Shown in pieces: positions 7,796 through 17,034 of a DNA stretch of 17,398 bases (position 1 is its first letter; each line of letters opens with the position of its first letter). The position numbers were made by a program, and so were the translations under genes. The notes beneath the pieces were generated by a model. That model saw nothing but the letters and a program-made list of their open reading frames with translations, was not told the DNA's origin and made no database searches. The stretch comes from Octopus sinensis. Taxonomy: Eukaryota. The stretch lies in contig NW_021824815.1 of assembly GCF_006345805.1 (NCBI RefSeq), positions 1-17,398 on the forward strand, in the 5' to 3' direction.

Positions 7796-8220
7796 TAAGG
7801 CAGCGAGCTGGCAGAAACGTTAGCTTGCCGGGCGAAATGCTTAGCGGTATTTCGTCTGCCGCTACGTTCTGAGTTCAAATACCTCCAAGGTCGACTTTGC
7901 TTTTCATCCTTTTGAGGTCGATTAAATAAGTACCAGTTACACACTGGGGTCGATATAATCGACTTAATCCGTTTGTCTGTTCTTGTCTGTCCCTCTGTGT
8001 GTAGCCCCTCGTGGGATTTAAGAAAAAAGAAACGTGGGCGAAATGCTTAGAGGTATTTCATCTGTCTTTACGTTCTAATTTCAAATTCCGCCGAGGTCGA
8101 CTTTGCCTTTCATCCTTTCGGGATCGATAAATTAAGTACCAGTTGCGTATTGAGATCGATCTAATCGACTGGCCTCCGCTCCCCCAAAAATTCGGGCTTT
8201 GTGCCTAGAGTAGAAAAGAA
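7796..8220 (+). mobile_element. SINE family A tandem dimer (7796-8030 plus ~8031-8220)
   Basis: Head AAGGCAGCGAGCTGGCAGAAACGTTAGC and B-box-like GAGTTCAAAT (7871-7880). GGGCGAAATGCTTAG...GGTCGACTTTGC...AAGTACCAGTT occurs twice with different 3' tails. Confidence 0.85.
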
Positions 8221-8269
8221 TATTGTTTCTCAATCTGTTTTTGTTGTTCACTTAAAAGAATTACTGATA

Positions 8270-8620
8270 CAGGCGTGACTGTGTGGTAAGAAGCTTACTT
8301 CCCAACTGCATGGTTCCAGGTTCAGTCCCACAACGTGGCACCTTGGGCAAGTATCTTTTACTATAGCCTCGAATCTACTAAAGCCTTGTGAGAGGATTTT
8401 GTGGACGGAAACTGAAAGTGTGTGTGTATGTATGTTTTTGTCTCCTACCGCTGTTTGACAAACGGTGTTGGTTTGCTTACGCTACAATTATATAGCGGTT
8501 CGGCGAAAGTGATCGATAGAATAAGTACCAAAAGTGCCAAGGGCGGTTCATTCGGCTAAAAGTCACTCAAGGAGGTGCCCCAGCATGATCGCAGTCTAAT
8601 AATTGAAGCAAGTTAAAGAT
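8270..8620 (+). mobile_element. tRNA-headed SINE family B, near full length
   Basis: A-box TGACTGTGTGG (8276-8286), B-box GGTTCAGTCC (8319-8328), GCACCTTGGGCAAGT core, short (TG)n, and tail ending CCCAGCATGATCGCAGTC...GCAAGTTAAAG. Confidence 0.9.
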
Positions 8621-8739
8621 TTTAAAAAATTAGATACACTTTGTATGGAAAGCTAAAATAAAAACTGTTTTTAAGGTTTAAAAAATATTAACACTTGGCC
8701 ATTCTAAGTCATTTTTTGAAGACGTTGAAACCTTTGTCT

Positions 8740-9085
8740 TTTTTTAGTCACTTGACTGCGGCCATGCTGGGGCAGTGCCTTGAAGAATTTCTTGTAGAAT
8801 AGATCAACCCCAGTCCTTCTTTTCTTTTCTAAGCCAGGTACTTATTCTGTCGGACTGTTTTGTCGAACCGCTACATTACGGAAACGTACACACACCAATA
8901 CCGGTTGTCAAGCGTTAATAGGGAATAAAAATACATGCAAACATCGGGCTTCTTTTAGTTCCCGTCTACCAAATCCACTCACAAGGCTTTGGTCAGCCTG
9001 AGGATATAGTAGAAGACACTTGCCCAAGGTGTCACGTAGTAGGACTGAACCTAGAACCATGTGGCTGGAAAGCAAACTTTTTCTA
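8740..9085 (-). mobile_element. SINE family B, near full length, inverted relative to 8270-8620
   Basis: GACTGCGGCCATGCTGGGGCA...GAACCGCTA...CCGTCTACCAAATCCACTCACAAGGCTTTGGTC...CACTTGCCCAAGGTG...GGACTGAACC. Confidence 0.9.
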
Positions 9086-9164
9086 GAAGTCTGGCTGCCG
9101 ACTGTGACGCCTCGTTTTAAAGCCACAACACTACTCTATCCAAGATGTCCCGTTTTTTTACATT

Positions 9165-9525
9165 AGCAAAGCTATCAAATAGATTAAAAGCTTTTGAGAT
9201 GTGGGTGTATAGAATACTTTTGAGAATATCCTGGACAGAACACAAATCAATGAGGCACTAAAAATGGTAAAAACTAAGAATATTTTTATTAGTTTTATTA
9301 GATGCCAAGATAGAAAATAAAAATAGTTTGGACACTTCGAAAAAAATGGATTAAACAGACTTGATAGAAAGCAAAACTGAATGGGGAAAGAGGAAGGAAA
9401 CCAAGAACTGCGTAGCTGAATAATATGAAGAATTAGACATACTTGAAATATAGTGAATCTATAAATGACAGCACAAAAAAAAAATAGGACCAAAATGGCG
9501 ATCCATGGTATTCAAACAATTGAAA
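9165..9525 (+). mobile_element. Degraded RTE/BovB-like LINE ORF2 3' fragment
   Basis: Frame LSNRLKAFEMWVYRILLRISWTEHKS matches the AFEMW..R..LRI.W motif of RTE-clade ORF2. Frameshifted remnants follow (YFGH-like TTTGGACAC, GERGRKPRT, KWRSMV). Confidence 0.85.
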
Positions 9526-9614
9526 GCAGACGATATCTAATGATCAGTTTATTGGTAGCAGTGATAATGTCGATTTAGTTTAGAAGTGGTAATATATTTT
9601 CTATATGCGGTAAT

Positions 9615-9745
9615 TTGGCAATCGTTAGAGTTGGACACAATGCCTTGCGGTGTTTATTTCATTTTTATGCATTTAATTCGAATTCTGCCGAGGTCGATTT
9701 TTTCCTTCCATCTTCTCGGGGGTCGATGAATAAAAATGCCAATCC
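9615..9745 (+). mobile_element. Degenerate SINE family A fragment
   Basis: TGGCAATCGTTAG...TTCGAATTCTGCCGAGGTCGATTTT...GGGGTCGAT. Confidence 0.65.
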
Positions 9746-9855
9746 TGGAGAATAGATTGGTAAAATTGTTACAGCGTCGTTGGACAAAATATCTTAATGC
9801 GTCTGTTTGAGATAGTAACATGAGTGAAATCAAAGACAGTATTTACTGAGTCCAA

Positions 9856-10110
9856 AATCCATCCTGCCATCCATTTTCTTCGCCCACTATTCTTAAGAGG
9901 ATGGTGGAGGTAGAATCCCCAGGCTCTTCCTCCATAGGGTCCAATCAGAAGCAACAGTCATTACGCTTTCCGACTCGTTTCGCAAGCGTCACCAACAGAG
10001 ACTGTTGATATTATCCAACCATCTCGTTCTTGGTCTCCCGTCGGTTGGCTCGGTTTGATGGATCCACCTTGCGGTTCTTTTCTGCGACTTTCTAACCACA
10101 TGTCCTTTGT
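9856..10110 (-). mobile_element. RTE-type LINE 3' fragment (third distinct family)
   Basis: Minus frame GHVVRK...GRPRTRWLDNI...(stop)...VASDWTLWRKSLGILPPPSS-stop shows the GH..R / GRPR.RW.D / A.D...WR pattern. A short (GGAT)-like tail follows. Confidence 0.75.
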
Positions 10111-11889
10111 ACAGGGAGCTGTTACTTACCGCTACGGAAAAGTAGCGGCTCAGTCAGGAGAGACTCTCTGTGAGACGGCTCTATGATGAATCTATTTTTA
10201 AAAAAACCGGCATAGAAAACAATAGTATGCAAAAAGTATGGCATGAAGCATCCCAATAGGTGTAGGGGCAGCTACCAATGATCAGTCAGGGTTGTTAGTA
10301 GCGCAGCAAAGAGATGCGAGGGGCAATCTGCCCTAGACGACGTTTTGAGGAAGACAGCACTTTTGGCTTTGCCGTTTAATCCTTTATAGGCGCTCGGGAG
10401 TGGAGCAACCAACTCAAGGGTTACCTTGGATGGCACACACTCCAGCTATGTCCTAGAAGTTTCACTTTCTTCCAGATGTGTTGTCAGTCCTCCAGGCACA
10501 TCCTTTGATATAGGTCTATGCACCTTGTCCATCATCACCGTTCCCACTCACTTTTCAGTAAACTTACTGGAGGACAGCAGCAGCATCCTCTTTGTCCTCC
10601 CTTCCGTCTTCATTCTCACCTTCATCTCCAAGTTGGATTTTAATCAATTGATGTAAGCGTCACCGTAGAATTACCAGTCTTTTCAATCTTGTCCACCACA
10701 CAACATATTTCACCGCAGTCATTAGACAGGAAAACTACCAATGTTTTCCTTCCAAGCAAAGGTGGTAGACCAAATCTTACGATAGACTCGTTCCTTAACT
10801 GTATACTTCCTACATGCTACTGAAGTTCTCTACATACGCACGCATGCGCACGTACACATTTGGTAGGTAACCGTCAACTTCTAAACTTGGAAATATCTTC
10901 ATTTTGTTTTGTTCATTACATCTCTAACCATGATAGAACAACGCCCTCAGATTTTAATCTTTGGTCATGGTGTTTATGGCCATGCTGGAGTGTATTTCTT
11001 TTAGATGCCATTAAGTTCTGTTTGGCTGTGAAGTTTTCCCTTTTGTGGTTATAAATTTTTCCCACCTGGTTGGTCTGAAATAAAAGCAAACATTTTCAGA
11101 GTCGTCACAGCGCCGGATAAAATTACTTGAGCCCTTCACTCCCTATCCAACATGGGCCACTGTCGAACTTTCTTTACTGTTCTCAACTCTGGACTGTCCT
11201 TTTTGGCTTCTTTCAAGATGAATCCCTGCTTTTTTCCAAGCATTATCTCGCTTTCGGGGTTTTGTTGCACCGTGGCATATACTCACCAAAGGGAAAGCCT
11301 TTCTCTTCGAGGCTTTGTTTGGTTGAATTGTCATCGATGCTTCAATAAATGTTGTTTTTTTTTTCCTAGGTCGGAGCGCTGTACTTGCGGCGGCATCCAC
11401 CCGGGATAGGGTTAAGCCGGCTCCGAGCAACGAGTTCACCACGTTCCTAACGAATGCTGACCACATCCGACAGTGGAGGCTGTAAATGCCCCACTGGTAG
11501 AACAAGCGCGTCGGATAGCGCGGACGCCGTAGCCGTCATTCGCTGTTCAGGTGTAACCATTGTGTTCGAAGTTTCAACGGGAATGCAAATTCACATGTGG
11601 TCTCCAGTCATGTGCATACACACTTTGGAATAATGTGATCCATAGCAGCTCATCTTGCCGATAATAGTCGACCGTTGCAGAGGATTCGTTGACCAAGTCA
11701 CTGATTATCGGAGCAGATGTAACTTGGGTTTGAAGCGAGTTCTAGAGACACGCGCTGGCCCTACACAAACCCATTTTTAACGCTTGGAAGGGGTAGTCCA
11801 TATAAGTCTGACTTCTGTCTTTTGACTTGTCAAGTGTGAGTGTGCTCTCATGGTCACTGAGGCACTCAAGTTACCACATTGCAACAAGG

Positions 11890-11995
11890 ACTGGACCTTG
11901 CCGGATAAAATACCTCGCAGCATTTGTTCCGTCTCTCTGAGCTCAGAGGTTCCCCACATCCTTCCAGTCTTTCGAGGTCGATAAAAAAAAGTGTC
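11890..11995 (+). mobile_element. Highly degenerate SINE family A fragment
   Basis: GCCGGATAAAATACCTCGCAGCATTTG...CTTTCGAGGTCGATAAAA loosely matches family A. Confidence 0.45.
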
Positions 11996-12233
11996 AATCA
12001 AAGGTAGTGATTCGACGGAATCTTTAAAATCATGTCCGGAAAATTCACCTTAAACATTTTTGGTTTGGGAAAATTTGTCTAAGGAAATTTTGCCGGAAAG
12101 GAAGTACACAAGCAGATTGTAAACTAGAAAACTCGTTTTAATGAAATTACCTTTCCCTAATTGGTTAGTTAGCTGATGAAGTTACCATTTTAAGTTGTTG
12201 CTTTTTTTTTGGATTTCGAAATTTTTTGTTTTA

Positions 12234-12458
12234 AGAATATATTTAAAATTACAAATCCGTTTACAGTAAACCCTGATGGAAATAACTGGAAGTTAAGTGG
12301 AAAGAAAATATGGTTTCGTGCACGTGAGATAGGAAATTGACAAGGAAACAATACGTAAAACCAGCTTAAAACAGAATATAATTATTCGGTTGACACTTTG
12401 GTGTTTCGTGGTTAAGCTGCTCTTCAGAAACAATGGAAGGGAAAGTAATGAGAATATA
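12234..12458 (+). repeat. ~225-bp dispersed unit, order X-Y
   Basis: X = 12234-12337 (AGAATATATTTAAAATTACAAATCCG...GTGCACGTGAGATAGGAAAT). Y = 12338-12458 (TGACAAGGAAACAATACG...GAGAATATA). Homologous to 15772-16000. Confidence 0.9.
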
Positions 12459-12916
12459 TATATTCACTATATATTCGTTCTTCACTAGTTTATTACCATT
12501 CTTATCCTCACTCATGTCCATTGTTTGGAAATCTTTCTTCACACATCTGTGACCTCTTCAGCGACACTTTCGTGTGTGCTTTTGTCTTCGTGTGTGCTCT
12601 TGCACGGTTTATTCCATTCTGTTAATTTTTGCAATTTTTTTACGGCGTTTTCCTACAGCAAAAATGTTTACGGCAAAATTTCTTATAACCCTTTAGTGTT
12701 AGACAAGATGCCGATGTCTTGTGATAGTGGTTCTGGCCCTTGTTCCAACGACAACGCTTATAAGACATTGGTCGATAGTAACGAGGAGAGGGAAGAACTG
12801 CACAAATACAAAACTTAGCCAGGGCTGTTCTTTAGAGTTCCTTCCAGGTTACAGTAAAACACTATTACACGTGACTAATGTGGATGTCAGAGAAGCAAAA
12901 GAGCATCTCGGTACCT

Positions 12917-13308
12917 TATTTCTTTATTGCCAACAAGGGGCTAAACATATAGGGGACAAAGGGATTACATCGACTCCAGTGCGTAACTAGTACTTAATTT
13001 ATCGACCCCGAAAGGATGAAAGACAGTCGACCTCAGCGAAATTTGAACTCAGAACGTAACGGCACACGAAATACCTATTTCTTTACTACCCACAAGGTAC
13101 TAAACACAGAGGAGACAAACAAGAACAGACAGACGGATTAAGTCGATTATATCGACCCCAGTGCGTAAGTGGTACTTAATTTATCGACCCCGAAAGGATG
13201 AAAGGCAAAGTCGACCTCGGCGGAATTTGAACTCGGAACGTAGCGGCACACGAAATACCGCTAAGCATTTCGCCCGGCGTGCTAACGATTCTGCCAGCTC
13301 GCCGCCTT
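12917..13308 (-). mobile_element. SINE family A tandem dimer, well preserved
   Basis: Reverse complement of the family A head ends ...GCTAACGATTCTGCCAGCTCGCCGCCTT (13308). GTACTTAATTTATCGACCCCGAAAGGATGAAAG is present twice (~12990 and ~13172). Confidence 0.9.
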
Positions 13309-13672
13309 CATCTCTGTACCTTTCTAATATCTTTTTAATCTTTTGGGAAATATGTATCCTTTAACTTGTTTTGATCATTGGACGACGACCATACTGGGTC
13401 ACCGCCTTGATGGGTTTAGTTGAACAAATCTACCTTCGAAATTATCAAGTTTGATACTTATTCCATTTTGCTGTGTCGTGCTTCTTTTACTTGTTTCAGT
13501 CGACTGCGGCCATGTTGGGGCACCGCCTTAAATAGTTTTAGTCGAACAAATCTACCCCCGGACTTATACTTTGTAAGCCTAATACTTATTCTGTCGGTCA
13601 TTTTTTTTGCCGAGCCGCTAGTGTTATGAGGACGTAAACACACCAACATCGGTTGTCAAGCGATGGTAGGAA

Positions 13673-13707
<35 letters not shown>

Positions 13708-13747
13708 CACATATATATATACACATACATACATACATACTTACATA

Positions 13748-14004
13748 CATGGCCCAGTGGTTAGGGCAGCGGACTCGCGGGCGTTGTGAGTGTTTATTGA
13801 GCGAAAACACCTAAAAGCTCCACGAGGCTCCGGCAGGGGGTGGTGATCCCTGCTGTACTCTTTCACCACTCTTTCTTCCACTCTTTCTTCTGTTGGCCTG
13901 CTCGCTTAGCCAGCGAGGTAGCGTCATTCGAAGGCTAAAACAATGCGAACGCATTGTGACCAGCTATGTGTAACTATATCTAATGGACTGGGCGGTCACG
14001 TGGT

Positions 14005-14010
<6 letters not shown>
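13748..14010 (+). mobile_element. tRNA-headed SINE family D, nested, with A-box but no B-box
   Basis: TGGCCCAGTGGTTAGGGCAGCGGACTCGCGG is a tRNA-like 5' half with A-box at 13750-13760. The body is unrelated to family B and ends in GTCACGTGGTCACGTG before (AT)n. Confidence 0.7.
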
Positions 14011-14066
<56 letters not shown>

Positions 14067-14072
14067 TATATA
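14011..14072. repeat. (AT)n microsatellite
   Basis: Direct reading of the sequence. Confidence 0.95.
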
Positions 14073-14345
14073 ACGGGCTTCTTTTAGTTTCCGTCTACCA
14101 AATCCACTCACAAGGCTTTAGTCGGCCCGAGGCTATAATAGAAGATAGTTGCCCAAGGTGCCACGCAGTGGGACTGAACACGGAACAATGTTTTTGGGAG
14201 CATGCTTCTTACAACACAGCCACACCAGCTCCTATACAAAAAGCAAACACCAGGTTAAGTGGGAATAACATACACGATAGACTTGCTTCCATCTAGCAAG
14301 TTCACAGACAAGGCATTGGTTGGTCTGCGGCAATCGTTGAAGATA

Positions 14346-15262
14346 CGCACGCACGCACACATATACGCACGCGCTCTCTCTCACGCAATCACTCTCTCTC
14401 TCTCACGCAATCACTCTCTCTCTCTCTCTCCCTCCCTCCCTCTCTCTCACGCAATCACTCTCTCTCTCTCTCATGCAATCACTCTCTCTCTCTCTCACGC
14501 AATCACTCTCTCTCTCTCCCTCACTCACTCACTCACTCACTACCTCCCTCACTCTCACTCACTACCTCTCTCTCACTCTCCTTCACGCTCACTCTCACGC
14601 ACGCCCTCTCTCTCACTCTCCTTCACGCTCACTCTCACGCACGCCCTCTCTCTCACTCTCCTTCACGCTCACTCTCACGCACGCCCTCTCTCACTCTCCT
14701 TCACGCTCACTCTCACGCACGCCCTCTCTCTCACTCACGCGCATAAGCTCCCTCAAACTCGCACGTACTCTCTCTCACACACACGCGCACATGCACACTC
14801 TCTCTCACATACACTCTCATGTACTCTCTCACGTACTCGAGCACTCTCTCACGCACACGCACTCTCACGCACTCTCACGCACTCTCTCCCACGCACACGC
14901 GCTCTCTCATGCACTCTCTCTCTCACGCACTCTCTCTCGCACGCGCACGTTTTCTTTCCTTCGCGCGCGCGCGCACACACACTCTCTTTCTTGCGCGCAG
15001 ACTCTCTCTCTTACGCACACTCTCTCGCAAGCGCACACACTTTCTTTCTCTCTCTCACACGCACACACTCTCCCTCTCTCGCACATTCATGCTCGCTCGC
15101 TCACACACACACACACACACACACTTTCTCTCGCTCGCTCGCACACTCTCTCCCTCCCTCTCACGCGCACACTCTAAAACGCGCGCACACACATTCGCAC
15201 TCTAGCGCACGCACTCTAACACACTCGCACTCTGACACTCACACACTCTCTCTCTCACTCCA
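14346..15262. repeat. Compound (CT)/(CA)/(CG) low-complexity tract including a 40-bp unit repeated about 4 times (14581-14735)
   Basis: Unit CTTCACGCTCACTCTCACGCACGCCCTCTCTCTCACTCTC at 14581, 14621, 14661 and 14699, plus CTCTCACGCAATCA repeats upstream. Explains the S/L/H/T-rich ORFs. Confidence 0.95.
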
Positions 15263-15436
15263 ATTCTAGTAAAATACACTTCCGTACATACAAGTGTGTG
15301 TAAGCTAGCAAGCATTGTCAATCTAGTTGGCAGATCTGGCATTCGTGTCTCATCTGCGAAACTCACAGCTGTCATCTTACGTACATGAATTTAAATATAG
15401 AATGAGAATGCAATTAGATTTCGATAGCCATCACTC

Positions 15437-15438
<2 letters not shown>

Positions 15439-15475
<37 letters not shown>
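15439..15475. repeat. (GT)n microsatellite
   Basis: Direct reading of the sequence. Confidence 0.95.
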
Positions 15476-15478
<3 letters not shown>

Positions 15479-15771
15479 ATGCATATGTGAATACCTGTAC
15501 ATCCACATGCACGTGTCTGTTGTCCTATGTCTATATTTGTATAAGTTTGTATGGGCATATGTCAGTGACCATGTGTGTGTATGATTGTGGATGTACTTTT
15601 GTACGTTTGCATGTGTGCTTGTCCCCGTGCGTATATATGCGTGTATAGACGAAGCGCACTGCAATGGCAATTTGTTAGAATTCCAAGCAATGGGGTCGAA
15701 TCCAACGCTGTATTAAACAGAATAGAAAGGATACAAGTGGAAAGCCACGTGATCGTGTGCACATAAGCGCA

Positions 15772-16000
15772 AAATCGACAAGGAAACAATACGTAAAACC
15801 AGCTTAAAACAGTATATAATTATTCGTTTGACGCTCTGGTGGTTCGTGGTGAAGCTCTTCAGAAACAGAGGAAAGGCAAGTATTGAGAATATAGTTAAAA
15901 TTACGAATCCGTTTACAGCAAACCCTGATGGAAATGACAGGAAGTTACGTGGAAAGAAAAAAAAGGTTTCGTGCACGCAAGAGTGACAGACATAGGAAAT
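15772..16000 (+). repeat. ~225-bp dispersed unit, order Y-X (circular permutation of 12234-12458)
   Basis: Y = 15772-15893 (GACAAGGAAACAATACGTAAAACCAGCTTAAAACAG...GAGAATATA). X = 15886-16000 (AAAATTACGAATCCGTTTACAG...GTGCACG...TAGGAAAT). Confidence 0.9.
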
Positions 16001-16134
16001 AAAAGCGAACCGTGTGTGTGTGTGTTTGTCCATTGGGTGAATGTGCACGCGGTTTGTGTGTATGTTGATGGCTTTCTTTGTGACTTTTAATGTGTGTATA
16101 GAACTGTTGTACAAGGAATGGATGTTTCTGACAA

Positions 16135-16485
16135 TTTTATCTCTTGTTTCGGTCATTAGACTGCGGCCATGCAGGGGCACCGGCTTGAAGAATTTGTAGA
16201 CGAATGAGTCGACCCTAGTGCTTATTTTTGTTTTAAACCTGTTAATTATTCTATCGTTCTCTTTGGTCGAACTGCTACGTTATGGGGATGCGAACACACC
16301 AACACCGTTTGTGAAGCAATGGTGGACACACTCACACACACACAACGGGCTTCTTTCAGTTTTTGTTCACCAAATCTGTTCTCAAGGCTTTAGTCGGCCC
16401 GAAACTACAGAAGACACTTGTTCAAGGGGCCACGCAGTGCGACTGAACCCAGGACCATGTGACTGGGAAGTCAACTTGTCACACC
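16135..16485 (-). mobile_element. SINE family B, near full length, ending ~30 nt before a splice acceptor
   Basis: GACTGCGGCCATGCAGGGGCACCG...ACACCAACACCG...ACGGGCTTCTTTCAG...AAGACACTTG...GACTGAACCCAGGACCATGTG. Confidence 0.9.
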
Positions 16486-16516
16486 TGTACATACGTTTAT
16501 ATATTTATGTTTTTAG

Positions 16517-16976
16517 GTTCGTGTGGGTTTGGTAATTGAAGCTATGGGAGATGAACTCTCGTTGAAGCCAAGTCTCGCTAACGAAGGGCAAAAGGAAGAT
16601 ATGCAGTTTGAAGAGATTCACAAAGGAGAAAATTGCGCAAGATTGGAGTGTTTGCCGATTCGGGGACGGCCTTTGCTGAGTCGAGGGAGAAATGTCTTTG
16701 CCGAGTCTAGTGGAGTCTTTTCTGAGACTGATATCTCCAAGATTTTCAATGAAACGGTCGAACGTATGCAGCCGACTACGGCACCGTCTTCCACGGCTGA
16801 AACCAACGCCCAAACTACCAGAATTGCTTCGGGGCTCAGCGCCTTCGACCAGTTTGCTAACTTTGCCAACATTTGCCGCTATAAATTTAACAGCTTCAAC
16901 TTCCGGAAGCGTTCTCAGTTTTTTAATATTATTTGGTCTGAGGTCTCTAGCCTCAGATTTCGTGATGAACTCCTCG
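16517..16976 (+). CDS. Internal coding exon (153 codons plus 1 nt), continuation of the putative class C GPCR-like / Venus-flytrap ectodomain
   Basis: Acceptor ATATTTATGTTTTTAG|GTT in phase 0, matching the upstream donors. Complex, non-repetitive open frame VRVGLVIEAMGDE...TTAPSST...NICRYKFNSFNFRKRSQFFNIIWSEV...DELL, with sequon NET. Donor TCG|GTAAAC lies just before the in-frame stop at 16988-16990 and a (TG)-rich intron. Product call is inference. Confidence 0.72.
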
Positions 16977-17034
16977 GTAAACCCGACTGACAAGAGTGGA
17001 GCCATAATGGCACGGAGCATTGACCTTTGTAAAA

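Larger units (their letters stand above)
13361..14230 (-). mobile_element. SINE family B with duplicated tail, interrupted by a nested family D element
   Basis: Tail copies at 13361-13480 and 13484-13672, (AC)n/(AT)n at 13673-13749, and head half ACGGGCTTCTTTTAGTTTCCGTCTACC...CACAGCCAC at 14073-14225. Confidence 0.85.

Noticed and set aside
8270-8335. tRNA-like A and B boxes here and at 7654-7668 and 13750-13780, considered as tRNA genes
   Set aside because: No complete cloverleaf or acceptor stem; each continues into a SINE body.
12525-12990. Overlapping + ORFs (97 and 89 aa) with acceptor-like AGs at 12696 and 12702, considered as an extra exon
   Set aside because: One frame ends in a stop at 12818. 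The other offers only phase-1 donors, incompatible with the phase-0 exon at 16517, and its end runs into a SINE. The flanking exons already join sensibly. RNA-seq could overturn this.
14259-15269. 336-aa, 234-aa and 128-aa Ser/Leu/His/Thr ORFs
   Set aside because: These are translations of the CT/CA compound repeat.
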